Shown: in pieces, positions 34,720-48,445 of the stretch
How positions within the stretch are numbered: the first letter of the stretch is position 1
Layout: each line of letters begins with the position of its first letter
Assembly (NCBI RefSeq): GCF_003334255.1
Contig: NZ_QOWU01000009.1
Reading direction: 5' to 3' (one strand)
DNA length: 64,000 nt
From: Escherichia coli
GTDB lineage: Bacteria > Pseudomonadota > Gammaproteobacteria > Enterobacterales > Enterobacteriaceae
Made by a program: the position numbers and the translations under genes
The notes under the pieces: model-generated
The model's input: only the letters and a program-made list of their open reading frames with translations
Told to the model about the DNA's origin: nothing
Database searches by the model: none

Positions 34720-35857
34720 TCAGGCGTCACGCGGTAACCCTTTTTCAATCACCCGAACCAGACGCTGTTTTTTCGGCAATTGCACTTCGACTATGCACGC
34801 ATTTCGTCTCTCTATTTGCTGCGCAATCGCCCACGCTATGTGCTCATCGAGAAGTGGGTGCTCACCTTTACGACTTTCCAGCGCTGTCAAAATCGTTTCA
34901 TCCCAAGGGGCATTGCCTAATGCTACGGCGATATTACGCAGCCAACGCAGGTGACCAATACGACGAATCGCCGATCCTTCCGTGACTTTTAAAAACTTCT
35001 CTTCGTTCCAGGCGAATAACTCAATGAGTTCCGGTGCGTGTAGCGGCTTACGCGGGCTGAAATCCTCTTCTGTGGTGAGTTGTGAATAGCGATTCCACGG
35101 GCAGATAAGCTGGCAGTCATCGCAACCGTAAATACGGTTTCCCATTAACGGTCGCAACTCTTCCGGGATCGCCCCTTCAAGTTCGATGGTGAGATAAGAG
35201 ATACAGCGGCGAGCATCGACGGTATATGGCTCGACGATGGCACCGGTCGGGCAAATCGTCATACAGGCCACGCATTTGCCGCATCCTTCCTCGACTGGTT
35301 GATCCACGGGCAGCGGAATATCGACCAGCAATTCGCCTAAAAAGAAGAACGAACCGGCCTCGCGATTGAGGATAAGTGAGTGCTTACCTGTCCAGCCGAG
35401 CCCAGCTTTTTCAGCTAACGGGCGCTCGAGAATAGGCGCAGAATCGACAAACGGTCTAAAATTCAGCGAAACACAATGTTGCTGAATCATCTCGCCCAGC
35501 TTTTTGAGTCGGTTGCGCAGAAGTTTGTGATAGTCACGGCCCAGCGCATAACGGCTAACATAGCCGAGTTTGGGGTTTTTCAGCGTGCTGGCAAATGCGG
35601 CGTTAGCAGGAAGGTAATTCATCCGCACGCTGATCACGCGCAGCGTACCGGGCAATAACTCATGAGGGCGAGCGCGCAGCATACCGTGACGTGCCATCCA
35701 GTCCATTTCGCCGTGGTATTGTTTGTCCAGCCATGCTTGCAGTTTGGGCTCGGACTCGCTGAGATCGGTATCGGTAATACCTACCTGCTGAAAGCCCAGT
35801 TCCAGCCCCCACTGTTTAATTTTTTGCGCTAACTGATTGAGATCGAGGGGCTCTGAC

Positions 35858-35859
<2 letters not shown>
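34720..35859 (-). CDS. queG: Epoxyqueuosine reductase (379 aa)
   Basis: The ORF-track entry is 415 aa. The ATG at 35857-35859 gives MSEPLDLNQLAQKIKQWGLELGF. It has two 4Fe-4S ferredoxin Cys motifs (CGKCVACMTICP, CDDCQLICP). Confidence 0.9.
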
Positions 35860-37838
<1,979 letters not shown>

Positions 37839-37856
37839 CCTTTGAAAGGTGGCGGG

Positions 37857-39194
37857 ATGATGTATCGCATCAGAAATTGGTTGGTAGCGACGCTGCTGCT
37901 GCTGTGCACGCCGGTGGGTGCCGCGACGCTCTCTGATATTCAGGTTTCTAACGGTAATCAACAGGCGCGGATAACGTTGAGTTTTATTGGCGATCCTGAT
38001 TATGCGTTTAGCCATCAAAGCAAACGCACCGTGGCGCTCGATATCAAACAAACGGGCGTGATTCAGGGACTGCCGTTGTTGTTCAGCGGCAATAATCTGG
38101 TGAAGGCGATTCGCTCTGGAACGCCTAAAGATGCACAAACGCTACGGCTGGTGGTCGATCTTACCGAAAACGGTAAAACCGAAGCGGTGAAGCGGCAGAA
38201 TGGCAGCAATTACACTGTCGTCTTTACGATTAACGCCGATGTGCCGCCACCGCCTCCTCCGCCGCCCGTGGTTGCGAAACGCGTTGAAACGCCTGCGGTT
38301 GTCGCACCGCGCGTCAGCGAACCGGCGCGCAATCCGTTTAAAACGGAAAGTAACCGCACTACGGGTGTTATCAGCAGTAATACGGTAACGCGTCCGGCAG
38401 CGCGCGCGACGGCTAACACTGGCGATAAAATTATCATCGCTATTGATGCCGGACACGGCGGTCAGGACCCTGGCGCTATCGGCCCCGGTGGTACGCGGGA
38501 GAAAAATGTCACCATCGCCATCGCGCGTAAATTGCGTACTTTGCTCAATGACGATCCGATGTTTAAAGGCGTTTTAACCCGTGACGGGGATTACTTTATC
38601 TCGGTGATGGGGCGCAGTGATGTGGCACGTAAGCAAAACGCCAATTTCCTCGTGTCGATTCACGCTGATGCCGCACCGAACCGCAGTGCGACTGGCGCTT
38701 CCGTATGGGTGCTCTCTAACCGTCGCGCCAACAGTGAAATGGCCAGCTGGCTGGAGCAGCACGAGAAACAGTCGGAGCTGCTGGGTGGGGCGGGTGATGT
38801 GCTGGCGAACAGTCAGTCTGACCCCTATTTAAGCCAGGCGGTGCTGGATTTACAGTTCGGTCATTCCCAGCGGGTAGGGTATGATGTAGCGACCAGTATG
38901 ATCAGTCAGTTGCAACGCATTGGCGAAATACATAAACGTCGACCAGAACACGCCAGCCTTGGCGTTCTGCGCTCGCCGGATATCCCATCAGTACTGGTCG
39001 AAACCGGTTTTATCAGCAACAACAGCGAAGAACGTTTGCTGGCGAGCGACGATTACCAACAACAGCTGGCAGAAGCCATTTACAAAGGCCTGCGCAATTA
39101 CTTCCTTGCGCATCCGATGCAATCTGCGCCGCAGGGTGCAACGGCACAAACTGCCAGTACGGTGACGACGCCAGATCGCACGCTGCCAAACTAA
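37857..39194 (+). CDS. amiB: N-acetylmuramoyl-L-alanine amidase AmiB (445 aa)
   Basis: The ORF-track entry is 450 aa. The ATG at 37857 gives [25 protein letters not shown] (signal peptide). It has an AMIN domain, a P8 linker and an amidase_3 catalytic domain. Confidence 0.93.
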
Positions 39195-39203
39195 GGACGA
39201 TTG

Positions 39204-41051
39204 ATGCCAATTCAGGTCTTACCGCCACAACTGGCGAACCAGATTGCCGCAGGTGAGGTGGTCGAGCGACCTGCGTCGGTAGTCAAAGAACTAGTGGAAA
39301 ACAGCCTCGATGCAGGTGCGACGCGTATCGATATTGATATCGAACGCGGTGGGGCGAAACTTATCCGCATTCGTGATAACGGCTGCGGTATCAAAAAAGA
39401 TGAGCTGGCGCTGGCGCTGGCTCGTCATGCCACCAGTAAAATCGCCTCTCTGGACGATCTCGAAGCCATTATCAGCCTGGGCTTTCGCGGTGAGGCGCTG
39501 GCGAGTATCAGTTCGGTTTCCCGCCTGACGCTCACTTCACGCACCGCAGAACAGCAGGAAGCCTGGCAGGCCTATGCCGAAGGGCGCGATATGAACGTGA
39601 CGGTAAAACCGGCGGCGCATCCTGTGGGGACGACGCTGGAGGTGCTGGATCTGTTCTACAACACCCCGGCGCGGCGCAAATTCCTGCGCACCGAGAAAAC
39701 CGAATTTAACCACATTGATGAGATCATCCGCCGCATTGCGCTGGCGCGTTTCGACGTCACGATCAACCTGTCGCATAACGGTAAAATTGTGCGTCAGTAC
39801 CGCGCAGTGCCGGAAGGCGGGCAAAAAGAACGGCGCTTAGGCGCGATTTGCGGCACCGCTTTTCTTGAACAAGCGCTGGCGATTGAATGGCAACACGGCG
39901 ATCTCACGCTACGCGGCTGGGTGGCCGATCCAAATCACACCACGCCCGCACTGGCAGAAATTCAGTATTGCTACGTGAACGGTCGCATGATGCGCGATCG
40001 CCTGATCAATCACGCGATCCGCCAGGCCTGCGAAGACAAACTGGGGGCCGATCAGCAACCGGCATTTGTGTTGTATCTGGAGATCGACCCACATCAGGTG
40101 GACGTCAACGTGCACCCCGCCAAACACGAAGTGCGTTTCCATCAGTCGCGTCTGGTGCATGATTTTATCTATCAGGGCGTGCTGAGCGTGCTACAACAGC
40201 AACTGGAAACGCCGCTACCGCTGGACGATGAACCCCAACCTGCACCGCGTTCCATTCCGGAAAACCGCGTGGCGGCGGGGCGCAATCACTTTGCAGAACC
40301 GGCAGCTCGTGAGCCGGTAGCTCCGCGCTACACTCCTGCGCCAGCATCAGGCAGTCGTCCGGCTGCCCCCTGGCCGAATGCGCAGCCAGGCTACCAGAAA
40401 CAGCAAGGTGAAGTGTATCGCCAGCTTTTGCAAACGCCCGCGCCGATGCAAAAATTAAAAGCGCCGGAACCGCAGGAACCTGCACTTGCGGCGAACAGTC
40501 AGAGTTTTGGTCGGGTACTGACTATCGTCCATTCCGACTGTGCGTTGCTGGAGCGCGACGGCAACATTTCACTTTTATCCTTGCCAGTGGCAGAACGTTG
40601 GCTGCGTCAGGCACAATTGACGCCGGGTGAAGCGCCCGTTTGCGCCCAGCCGCTGCTGATTCCGTTGCGGCTAAAAGTTTCTGCCGAAGAAAAATCGGCA
40701 TTAGAAAAAGCGCAGTCTGCCCTGGCGGAATTGGGTATTGATTTCCAGTCAGATGCACAGCATGTGACCATCAGGGCAGTGCCTTTACCCTTACGCCAAC
40801 AAAATTTACAAATCTTGATTCCTGAACTGATAGGCTACCTGGCGAAGCAGTCCGTATTCGAACCTGGCAATATTGCGCAGTGGATTGCACGAAATCTGAT
40901 GAGCGAACATGCGCAGTGGTCAATGGCACAGGCCATAACCCTGCTGGCGGACGTGGAACGGTTATGTCCGCAACTTGTGAAAACGCCGCCGGGTGGTCTG
41001 TTACAATCTGTTGATTTACATCCGGCGATAAAAGCCCTGAAAGATGAGTGA
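39204..41051 (+). CDS. mutL: DNA mismatch repair protein MutL (615 aa)
   Basis: The ATG at 39204 gives [39 protein letters not shown] (GHKL ATPase). Confidence 0.96.
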
Positions 41052-41994
41052 TATCAGTAAGGCGAGCCTGCCTAAGGCGATTTTTTTGATGGGGCCGACG
41101 GCCTCCGGTAAAACGGCGTTAGCCATTGAGCTGCGTAAAATTTTACCAGTAGAGTTGATAAGCGTTGATTCTGCCCTTATTTACAAAGGGATGGATATCG
41201 GGACGGCGAAGCCGAACGCTGAAGAGTTACTCGCCGCGCCGCACCGATTGCTGGATATTCGCGATCCGTCGCAGGCTTACTCGGCTGCTGATTTTCGCCG
41301 CGATGCGCTGGCGGAAATGGCCGATATCACCGCGGCGGGGCGGATCCCACTGTTAGTGGGCGGTACGATGTTGTATTTCAAGGCATTGCTGGAAGGGTTG
41401 TCGCCGCTACCGTCGGCAGACCCGGAAGTACGGGCCAGAATTGAGCAACAGGCGGCAGAGCAAGGTTGGGAGTCATTGCATCGTCAACTTCAGGAGGTAG
41501 ATCCGGTTGCGGCAGCAAGGATTCATCCAAATGATCCACAAAGGCTTTCCCGGGCACTGGAAGTTTTTTTCATTTCGGGTAAAACTTTAACGGAACTGAC
41601 GCAAACGTCAGGAGACGCTCTACCGTATCAGGTGCATCAGTTCGCCATCGCCCCGGCGAGCCGTGAACTGCTCCATCAACGCATTGAGCAGCGTTTTCAT
41701 CAGATGTTGGCTTCAGGTTTTGAAGCAGAAGTCCGGGCGCTTTTTGCCCGAGGAGATTTGCATACGGACTTGCCTTCCATTCGTTGCGTGGGTTATCGCC
41801 AGATGTGGTCTTACCTTGAAGGCGAAATCTCATACGATGAAATGGTTTATCGAGGTGTTTGCGCCACGAGACAGTTGGCGAAGCGGCAGATAACCTGGCT
41901 GCGTGGTTGGGAAGGGGTTCACTGGCTTGACAGTGAAAAACCAGAACAGGCGCGTGACGAAGTATTACAGGTTGTTGGTGCTATCGCAGGCTGA
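41044..41994 (+). CDS. miaA: tRNA dimethylallyltransferase
   Basis: 316-aa ORF with P-loop GPTASGKT. The start overlaps the mutL stop by 8 nt. Confidence 0.95.
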
Positions 41995-42067
41995 ATGTGT
42001 ACAATTGAGACGTATCGTGCGCAATTTTTTCAGAATCGAAAGGTTCAAAGTACAAATAAGCATATAA

Positions 42068-42388
<321 letters not shown>

Positions 42389-42463
42389 GGTTTCGGGCTG
42401 TTTTTTTACACGGGGAGCCAGCGATCCTGCGTTCCCCGCTGATCTATTTAGAGGGTTATACGC

Positions 42464-43744
42464 TTGTTTGACCGTTATGATGCTGGTGAGCAGGCGGTAC
42501 TGGTACACATCTATTTTACGCAAGACAAAGATATGGAAGACCTCCAGGAGTTTGAATCTCTGGTCTCTTCCGCCGGTGTCGAAGCATTGCAGGTGATTAC
42601 CGGTAGCCGTAAAGCGCCGCACCCAAAGTATTTTGTAGGTGAAGGTAAAGCAGTTGAAATTGCGGAAGCTGTCAAAGCGACGGGTGCTTCGGTCGTTCTT
42701 TTTGACCATGCCCTGAGCCCGGCGCAAGAGCGTAACCTGGAGCGTTTGTGCGAGTGTCGTGTTATCGACCGCACCGGCCTTATTTTAGATATTTTCGCCC
42801 AACGTGCGCGTACCCATGAGGGTAAGTTGCAGGTTGAGCTGGCGCAGCTGCGCCATCTGGCTACGCGCCTGGTGCGTGGCTGGACCCACCTTGAAAGACA
42901 GAAAGGCGGGATAGGTTTGCGTGGTCCGGGTGAAACCCAGCTCGAAACCGACCGTCGTTTGTTGCGTAATCGCATCGTGCAGATACAGTCGCGCCTGGAA
43001 AGAGTTGAAAAGCAGCGTGAGCAGGGGCGGCAATCGCGTATCAAAGCCGACGTTCCTACTGTTTCGCTGGTGGGATATACCAACGCCGGTAAATCTACCC
43101 TTTTCAATCGCATCACCGAAGCGCGGGTCTACGCGGCAGACCAGTTGTTTGCCACCCTCGACCCGACGTTGCGGCGTATTGACGTTGCAGATGTCGGTGA
43201 AACCGTACTTGCAGATACCGTAGGGTTTATTCGCCACCTGCCGCACGATCTGGTGGCGGCATTTAAAGCCACGTTACAAGAGACGCGGCAAGCCACATTA
43301 CTGCTGCACGTCATTGATGCGGCGGATGTGCGTGTACAAGAAAACATCGAAGCGGTGAATACGGTTCTTGAAGAGATCGACGCTCACGAGATCCCAACCC
43401 TGCTGGTGATGAACAAGATCGATATGCTGGAAGATTTCGAACCGCGTATTGATCGGGACGAAGAGAACAAACCGATCCGTGTCTGGCTTTCCGCACAGAC
43501 CGGAGCGGGGATACCACAGCTTTTTCAGGCTTTGACGGAGCGGCTTTCCGGCGAGGTGGCGCAGCATACATTGCGTCTGCCACCGCAGGAAGGGCGTCTG
43601 AGAAGTCGTTTTTATCAGCTTCAGGCAATAGAAAAAGAGTGGATGGAGGAGGACGGCAGCGTAAGTCTGCAAGTTCGTATGCCGATCGTTGACTGGCGTC
43701 GCCTCTGTAAACAAGAACCGGCGTTGATCGATTACCTGATCTAA
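42464..43744 (+). CDS. hflX: Ribosome-associated GTPase HflX (TTG start)
   Basis: 426-aa ORF with G-domain motifs [14 protein letters not shown] and NKID. Confidence 0.94.
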   Translation: MFDRYDAGEQAVLVHIYFTQDKDMEDLQEFESLVSSAGVEALQVITGSRKAPHPKYFVGEGKAVEIAEAVKATGASVVLFDHALSPAQERNLERLCECRVIDRTGLILDIFAQRARTHEGKLQVELAQLRHLATRLVRGWTHLERQKGGIGLRGPGETQLETDRRLLRNRIVQIQSRLERVEKQREQGRQSRIKADVPTVSLVGYTNAGKSTLFNRITEARVYAADQLFATLDPTLRRIDVADVGETVLADTVGFIRHLPHDLVAAFKATLQETRQATLLLHVIDAADVRVQENIEAVNTVLEEIDAHEIPTLLVMNKIDMLEDFEPRIDRDEENKPIRVWLSAQTGAGIPQLFQALTERLSGEVAQHTLRLPPQEGRLRSRFYQLQAIEKEWMEEDGSVSLQVRMPIVDWRRLCKQEPALIDYLI

Positions 43745-43829
43745 CGGCGTAGCGTCTGAAGCGTGGAGTCATATCCTCTGGCGTCGAAAGACAACAGGGA
43801 TCACCGCATAACAAATATGGAGCACAAAC

Positions 43830-45089
43830 ATGGCGTGGAATCAGCCCGGTAATAACGGACAAGACCGCGACCCGTGGGGAAGCAGCAAACCTGGCGGCAA
43901 CTCTGAGGGAAATGGAAACAAAGGCGGTCGCGATCAAGGGCCACCTGATTTAGATGATATCTTCCGCAAACTGAGCAAAAAGCTCGGTGGTCTGGGCGGC
44001 GGTAAAGGCACCGGATCTGGCGGTGGCAGTTCATCGCAAGGCCCGCGCCCGCAGCTTGGCGGTCGTGTCGTTACCATCGCAGCGGCAGCGATTGTCATTA
44101 TCTGGGCGGCCAGTGGTTTCTATACCATTAAAGAAGCCGAACGCGGCGTGGTAACACGCTTTGGTAAATTCAGCCATCTGGTTGAGCCGGGTCTGAACTG
44201 GAAACCGACGTTTATCGACGAAGTCAAACCGGTGAACGTGGAAGCCGTGCGTGAACTGGCCGCTTCTGGTGTGATGCTGACGTCGGACGAGAACGTAGTG
44301 CGCGTTGAGATGAACGTGCAGTACCGCGTCACCAATCCGGAAAAATATCTGTATAGCGTGACCAGCCCGGATGACAGCCTGCGTCAGGCTACCGACAGCG
44401 CCCTGCGTGGAGTTATCGGTAAATACACCATGGACCGCATTCTGACGGAAGGTCGTACCGTGATTCGTAGCGATACTCAGCGCGAACTGGAAGAGACGAT
44501 TCGTCCGTATGACATGGGTATCACGCTGCTGGACGTCAACTTCCAGGCTGCTCGTCCGCCGGAAGAAGTAAAAGCGGCGTTTGACGATGCGATTGCCGCG
44601 CGTGAAAACGAACAGCAATACATTCGTGAAGCAGAAGCGTATACCAACGAAGTTCAGCCGCGTGCGAACGGTCAGGCGCAACGTATCCTCGAAGAGGCGC
44701 GTGCGTACAAGGCCCAGACCATCCTGGAAGCTCAGGGTGAAGTGGCGCGCTTTGCTAAACTTCTGCCGGAATATAAAGCCGCGCCGGAAATTACTCGCGA
44801 GCGTCTGTATATCGAGACGATGGAAAAAGTGTTGGGTAACACCCGCAAAGTGCTGGTTAACGATAAAGGTGGCAACCTGATGGTTCTGCCGTTAGACCAG
44901 ATGCTGAAAGGTGGTAACGCCCCTGCGGCGAAGAGCGATAACGGTGCCAGCAATCTGCTGCGTCTGCCGCCAGCCTCTTCCTCCACAACCAGTGGAGCAA
45001 GCAACACGTCGTCCACCAGTCAGGGCGATATTATGGACCAACGCCGCGCCAACGCGCAGCGTAACGACTACCAGCGTCAGGGGGAATAA
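43830..45089 (+). CDS. hflK: FtsH modulator HflK (SPFH/band-7)
   Basis: 419-aa ORF with a Gly-rich N-terminus, one TM segment and an SPFH domain. Confidence 0.95.
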   Translation: MAWNQPGNNGQDRDPWGSSKPGGNSEGNGNKGGRDQGPPDLDDIFRKLSKKLGGLGGGKGTGSGGGSSSQGPRPQLGGRVVTIAAAAIVIIWAASGFYTIKEAERGVVTRFGKFSHLVEPGLNWKPTFIDEVKPVNVEAVRELAASGVMLTSDENVVRVEMNVQYRVTNPEKYLYSVTSPDDSLRQATDSALRGVIGKYTMDRILTEGRTVIRSDTQRELEETIRPYDMGITLLDVNFQAARPPEEVKAAFDDAIAARENEQQYIREAEAYTNEVQPRANGQAQRILEEARAYKAQTILEAQGEVARFAKLLPEYKAAPEITRERLYIETMEKVLGNTRKVLVNDKGGNLMVLPLDQMLKGGNAPAAKSDNGASNLLRLPPASSSTTSGASNTSSTSQGDIMDQRRANAQRNDYQRQGE

Positions 45090-45091
45090 CG

Positions 45092-46096
45092 ATGCGTAAG
45101 TCAGTTATCGCGATTATCATCATCGTGCTGGTAGTGCTTTACATGTCTGTCTTTGTCGTCAAAGAAGGTGAGCGCGGTATTACGCTGCGTTTTGGTAAGG
45201 TACTGCGTGACGATGACAACAAACCTCTGGTTTATGAGCCGGGTCTGCATTTCAAGATACCGTTCATTGAAACGGTGAAAATGCTCGACGCACGTATTCA
45301 GACCATGGACAACCAGGCCGACCGCTTTGTGACCAAAGAGAAGAAAGACCTGATCGTCGACTCTTACATCAAATGGCGCATCAGCGATTTCAGCCGTTAC
45401 TACCTGGCAACGGGTGGTGGCGACATTTCGCAAGCGGAAGTGCTGTTGAAACGTAAGTTCTCTGACCGTCTGCGTTCTGAAATTGGTCGCCTGGACGTGA
45501 AAGATATCGTCACCGATTCCCGTGGTCGTCTGACCCTCGAAGTACGTGACGCGCTGAACTCCGGTTCTGCGGGTACAGAAGATGAAGTTACTACCCCGGC
45601 GGCAGATAACGCCATTGCCGAAGCGGCAGAGCGCGTAACGGCTGAGACGAAGGGCAAAGTTCCGGTCATCAACCCGAACAGTATGGCGGCGCTGGGTATT
45701 GAAGTTGTCGATGTGCGTATCAAGCAGATCAACCTGCCGACCGAAGTGTCTGAAGCGATCTACAACCGTATGCGCGCCGAGCGTGAAGCGGTAGCGCGTC
45801 GTCACCGTTCACAAGGTCAGGAAGAAGCGGAAAAACTGCGCGCGACTGCCGACTATGAAGTGACCAGAACGCTGGCAGAAGCTGAGCGTCAGGGCCGCAT
45901 CATGCGTGGTGAAGGCGATGCCGAAGCAGCCAAACTGTTTGCTGATGCATTCAGTAAAGATCCGGACTTCTACGCATTCATCCGTAGCCTGCGTGCTTAT
46001 GAGAACAGCTTCTCTGGCAATCAGGACGTGATGGTCATGAGCCCGGATAGCGATTTCTTCCGCTACATGAAGACGCCGACTTCCGCAACGCGTTAA
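45092..46096 (+). CDS. hflC: FtsH modulator HflC (SPFH/band-7)
   Basis: 334-aa ORF starting 2 nt after the hflK stop, with an N-terminal TM segment and an SPFH domain. Confidence 0.95.
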   Translation: MRKSVIAIIIIVLVVLYMSVFVVKEGERGITLRFGKVLRDDDNKPLVYEPGLHFKIPFIETVKMLDARIQTMDNQADRFVTKEKKDLIVDSYIKWRISDFSRYYLATGGGDISQAEVLLKRKFSDRLRSEIGRLDVKDIVTDSRGRLTLEVRDALNSGSAGTEDEVTTPAADNAIAEAAERVTAETKGKVPVINPNSMAALGIEVVDVRIKQINLPTEVSEAIYNRMRAEREAVARRHRSQGQEEAEKLRATADYEVTRTLAEAERQGRIMRGEGDAEAAKLFADAFSKDPDFYAFIRSLRAYENSFSGNQDVMVMSPDSDFFRYMKTPTSATR

Positions 46097-46125
46097 TATA
46101 ACGACTGCGGTACAGGTCAATAAAG

Positions 46126-46162
46126 CCACCGCATCCTCAGGGATGTCGGTGGTTTTCTTTTT
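46126..46162 (+). terminator. Terminator after hflC
   Basis: CCACCGCATCC-TCAG-GGATGTCGGTGG (11 bp with one bulge) followed by TTTTCTTTTTCT. Confidence 0.8.
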
Positions 46163-46177
46163 CTATAAGGATAATGA

Positions 46178-46375
46178 ATGAATTCGACAATCTGGCTGGC
46201 GCTTGCCCTGGTTTTGGTACTGGAAGGTTTAGGGCCGATGCTTTACCCGAAGGCATGGAAGAAGATGATCTCTGCGATGACCAATTTGCCCGATAATATT
46301 TTACGTCGTTTTGGCGGTGGACTTGTGGTTGCGGGCGTTGTGGTCTACTACATGTTGAGGAAAACGATTGGCTGA
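46178..46375 (+). CDS. yjeT: Small membrane protein (65 aa, two hydrophobic segments)
   Basis: 65-aa ORF MNSTIWLALALVLVLEGLGPMLYPKAWKKM..., at the K-12 yjeT position. Confidence 0.75.
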   Translation: MNSTIWLALALVLVLEGLGPMLYPKAWKKMISAMTNLPDNILRRFGGGLVVAGVVVYYMLRKTIG

Positions 46376-46475
46376 ACAAAAAACAGACTGATCGAGGTCA
46401 TTTTTGAGTGCAAAAAGTGCTGTAACTCTGAAAAAGCGATGGTAGAATCCATTTTTAAGCAAACGGTGATTTTGA

Positions 46476-47777
<1,302 letters not shown>

Positions 47778-47981
47778 TTCTGGTACGCCTGGCAGATATT
47801 TTGCCTGCCGGGCGAACAGTGTGATACATTGCTGTGTCGGGTAAGCCATTACGCTATCCGACACAGTGTTAAATCCTCGCTTTTTTCCTTCCCCGAACTG
47901 AAATAAATTAGCGACACAGCTTGTGGCTGGTTTATCATCAATATAAATGTATTTTTTCCCGATTTCCCTTTTGAGGTTGAT

Positions 47982-48407
47982 GTGCAGTTAACGAGTTTCA
48001 CTGATTACGGATTACGTGCGCTGATCTACATGGCGTCATTGCCAGAAGGGCGGATGACCAGTATTTCTGAAGTGACTGACGTCTACGGCGTCTCCCGTAA
48101 TCATATGGTCAAAATAATCAATCAACTTAGTCGTGCCGGCTACGTGACTGCTGTTCGTGGAAAAAATGGCGGCATTCGCCTGGGTAAACCGGCGAGTGCG
48201 ATACGTATTGGTGATGTGGTGCGCGAGCTGGAGCCCTTATCGCTGGTGAATTGCAGCAGTGAGTTTTGCCACATTACACCTGCCTGTAGGTTGAAACAGG
48301 CACTTTCTAAGGCCGTGCAAAGTTTTCTTACGGAACTGGATAACTACACGCTTGCCGATTTGGTTGAAGAGAATCAACCGCTTTATAAATTATTGCTGGT
48401 GGAGTGA
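47982..48407 (+). CDS. nsrR: Nitric-oxide-sensing Rrf2-family repressor NsrR (GTG start)
   Basis: 141-aa ORF with an Rrf2 wHTH and three C-terminal Cys residues (C91, C96, C102) for the Fe-S cluster. Confidence 0.92.
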
Positions 48408-48445
48408 CGAAAATCTTCATCAGAGATGACAACGGAGGAACCGAG

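Noticed and set aside
46457-46472. PurR-box-like sequence AAGCAAACGGTGATTT just upstream of the purA ATG, with a TGgTAGAAT extended -10 at about 46438-46446.
   Set aside because: The left half matches ACGCAAAC well, but the right half is poor. This is plausible, since purA is PurR-regulated, but it is too weak to assert without a matrix score.
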